DNA of 64,000 nt from Octopus sinensis (Eukaryota), in contig NC_043009.1 of assembly GCF_006345805.1 (NCBI RefSeq), positions 67,084,001 through 67,148,000 of the forward strand, given 5' to 3'. The translations under genes were made by a program, and so were the position numbers. The notes beneath the pieces were generated by a model. That model saw nothing but the letters and a program-made list of their open reading frames with translations. It had not been told where the DNA came from and ran no database searches. Numbering within the stretch: the first letter of the stretch is position 1; every line of letters begins with the position of its first letter. Shown piece after piece: positions 61,184-64,000 of this stretch.

Positions 61184-62009
61184 AATATTCTCTTCAGCAC
61201 TTTTGCACAATATACTGTGTTTGTCTACTTGTGTATGTGTGTGTTTATAAGTATGTTATATAATATTACTGTGTATATTGTGTAAGAAAGCTGGAGTGAA
61301 GTCAACATTCACCGTTTTTTATGGCCAGTATCCCTCCCCCACTTTCCTGTTTTTGGGAGATTCCTCTCCTTCTCTATCCTCACCATTAATCTTAGTAGTA
61401 GTAGTGGTGGTGGTGGGTTGGGGGTGTTGTTTGTGCTTTGTAATACAGAGGAAAACGTTTAGCATTTTTCTTTTTGTTTTTTTTTACTTGTTTTAGCTTT
61501 TCTTGTTTGTCTCTGGATTTCGTGAAGTTGCTGGATGGACCTGTTTGTTTAGCCAGCCCCCTAGCCAGGTTCCCAATGAATAATAGCTATAATTAAAAAC
61601 ATTCCAGTCATGACTACCCCCTACTTTTTAATCTGGACATGACTTACTTAGGATATTAACTAACATGTCTTAACCATTTAAAAGAATTCTTTTCTTTAAG
61701 GCTCTGAATTTTTGGGGGGTATTTAGCTGCTATTTTTGATAGGTTGAATAACAATGCAGACGCTTTCACCATGGATTTGGATATCACTGTTTCTTCATTT
61801 TTGTCAGCTGCCTCCTCTTCCCCCCCTCCTCCTGATGTTTATTTCAGTGCATATACTATAGGTCTCTATTTGGCAGTTAAATTATGGAGCATATAGGAAC
61901 ACAGACCTAGAGGGGGAATCTAAACACATGCATACACACACCTCATCACACATACTTGATGCACTATGTTGATCTAGGAAGTTCCATACACAAGACATGT
62001 GTGCCACAT

Positions 62010-62235
62010 CAAAAGCTCCTGTGCTGGTGTTGCGTAAAAAGCAAACAGTACACGACATAAAGCGGTTGGCATTAGGAAGGGCATCCAGCCTTAGAAACGC
62101 TGCCAAAACAGATACTTGGAGCCTGCTGCAGCTCTCCGGATTGATAGCTCCTGTCAAACCATCCAACCCATGCCAGCATGGAAAAGGGACGTTCAATGGT
62201 GGTGGTGGTGGTGGTGGTGCTGGTGGTGATGATAT
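62010..62235 (+). mobile_element. RTE 3' UTR fragment
   Basis: Sequence homology. Confidence 0.7.
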
Positions 62236-62881
62236 GGTTAGTAACTTAAGACTTGACAGCAGACATGCTGCTCTTGGAAAGCTTGAGGAATGAGGATGAG
62301 TAAAGCTAATCTAAGAGAGAGGGAGGCCTACCAGTGAAGCAGTATCTGTTTCCTATTAAACCTTGTTAGGCAAATACATTTAATCCGTAGCATAGAGGGC
62401 CAGCCCTTCCACCCCTATATTGATAAGTATGACCAGCTGTCATCACTCTAATTATAAACCACTATCCAATAGTCTGCTGTAAGCTCTCAGCTTTCACTTT
62501 TGGGAATTCATACACTGAAAACAAACCTAAAAGCTTACTATAAGCTCCCTTCCCTTCTTGCTGTCACACTGTGAGCACCCTTAGCAGCATTATTGGGGGG
62601 TGTAAGCCATAGTGAAGGCAACTTGATTAGTGGAGCTGTATAACTGAATGAAAATCTGCAGGAGTGAGGCAAGTAACTCAGGAAAAGCTAACGCTGAATT
62701 AAAATTGATAGAATTTAGTGTGGACCTGTTAATGCTGACAGATAATCCTCTCTAATTAAATGGACCCAGTCCATGTCAGAAAGAGGCTGGTTGTAGAAAG
62801 GCCATCCGACTTGTAAAACCATAGGCAATGAAGAATGATACTGTGTGTGTGTGTCTATAAATCCTATTCTGTCTGTGTGTA

Positions 62882-63315
62882 TCTATAATATAAATCCCGT
62901 TCTGTCTGTGTGTGTGTATGTGTGTAAAAGATTATAATGACTATTTTTCAACTGTTTTCTCCAAACTGGGGACATACATTACTTATGTTCCAGGGATGGT
63001 TTTAGACTCTTAAAATTTTTTACATAATGCGTAATGGGCCCCCCTGGGTGCCGCAAACACCTGTTCCTGGGTTCCGTGGAGAAGGGAAGTAACTCTTTGC
63101 CAAGTAACTTTAAGAAATTGATTGTCTCCCTTAATCCATTGGTCAAAAAAATTATCACGATCTCATCTAATAGAGGTGTTTTTTTAAAAATATTTACTTC
63201 TGGTTTTCTCGTGTCAGTGATATCTATATCTCTTTATCCTTCTCTATCTCTCTATCCATCTCTATATCTATGTCTATATCCTATCTATCTATATCTTATT
63301 TGTCTAACTAGCTAG
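62882..63315 (+). mobile_element. Probable non-autonomous Helitron (different family)
   Basis: A|TCTATAATATAAATCCCGTTCTGTCTG 5' end (partly duplicated at 62854) and CTAGCTAG at 63308-63315; no 3' hairpin is seen. Confidence 0.45.
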
Positions 63316-63769
63316 CTCTCTCTCTCCTCTCTATAGCTCACTCTCTATTGTTTTCACTTTAAGTTCAAGTGCTATTTACAAACAACAATGAGAAATTACT
63401 GACAAAAAGAAGTTCACAATTACTGATGAAAGTAATTTCATACATAATTTACTGACAGAAGTAACTTCATAAATTTCACTTAAATTCATATGCTTAGTTA
63501 ATTTCTCTAACAATTTTTTATTTACTTTTGGAACAGTTTTGTGTTTTTCTGTTGTTAACAGCATTTTTCTAGTTCCTTTAACACTGGCTTTTGGTTCACT
63601 AAGTGACAAATTTTGCTTCAACCTGTATGATTCTTTATTTTCCATAAAAATTTCTTATTTACTTTCTGACCGTCGTATTAAGAAACATAATTTCCATTAC
63701 CCAGTTATTTTCTCCACCCATGTATTTCTGTATACATATATAACCATGCCTAGAAGGAAAGTGTCATAT

Positions 63770-63880
63770 TTGTCTACAATGTCTTTCACCAACCACTCAT
63801 TTACCCCTAGCTTCCACATTGACCACCAGATGAGGGACCCTGTCAAAGGCTTTCTCCATGTTGACAAATTTAGTTTTTCT
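63770..63880 (-). mobile_element. RTE LINE RT fragment
   Basis: The minus strand reads LIWWSMWKLGVNEWLVKDI, preceded by a frameshifted FVNMEKAFDRVP. Confidence 0.8.
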
Positions 63881-64000
63881 GCTGTTGCATCTGGCAATAC
63901 TGATGACTCAATACTGCCAAGTGCAGTGGTAGCATGAAACCAATGGTGACTTTCTGACTGGTTGTGTACCAGGAATATACTGTTCAACTGTATGAATGCA

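Noticed and set aside
63376-63645. 89-aa Lys-rich minus-strand ORF as a neighbouring gene
   Set aside because: No recognisable domain or splice signals, and it is flanked by TE fragments.

Overview
This is eukaryotic, AT-rich genomic DNA dominated by microsatellites and transposable elements. The SINE, RTE, MITE and Helitron repertoire matches what I recognise from octopus (coleoid cephalopod) genomes; this assignment is by recognition only. There is one well-supported host coding segment: a 664-codon Ser/Pro-rich exon on the + strand (ATG 38632, donor AAG|GTAAGT after 40623), probably with a 5' UTR starting at the acceptor before 38000. No product name can be assigned. The rest is intron or intergenic sequence filled with tRNA-derived SINEs of at least three families, RTE and CR1 LINE fragments, hAT, mariner and piggyBac-like MITEs, non-autonomous Helitrons, minisatellites and a 1.16-kb tandem duplication. 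The most notable signal is a set of inverted-repeat or LTR-like remnants (about 131-315, 10373-10569, 11195-11228, 18956-19055, 19190-19640, 29319-29365, 57558-57686) carrying complete or partial type I hammerhead ribozyme motifs. The usually invariant C3-G8 pair appears as U3-A8, G3-C8 or C3-G8 in different families, so a plain CUGANGA search would miss several of them. These fit Penelope-like retroelement terminal repeats. No CRISPR, rRNA or true tRNA gene is supported. Repeat boundaries were read by eye and are approximate.
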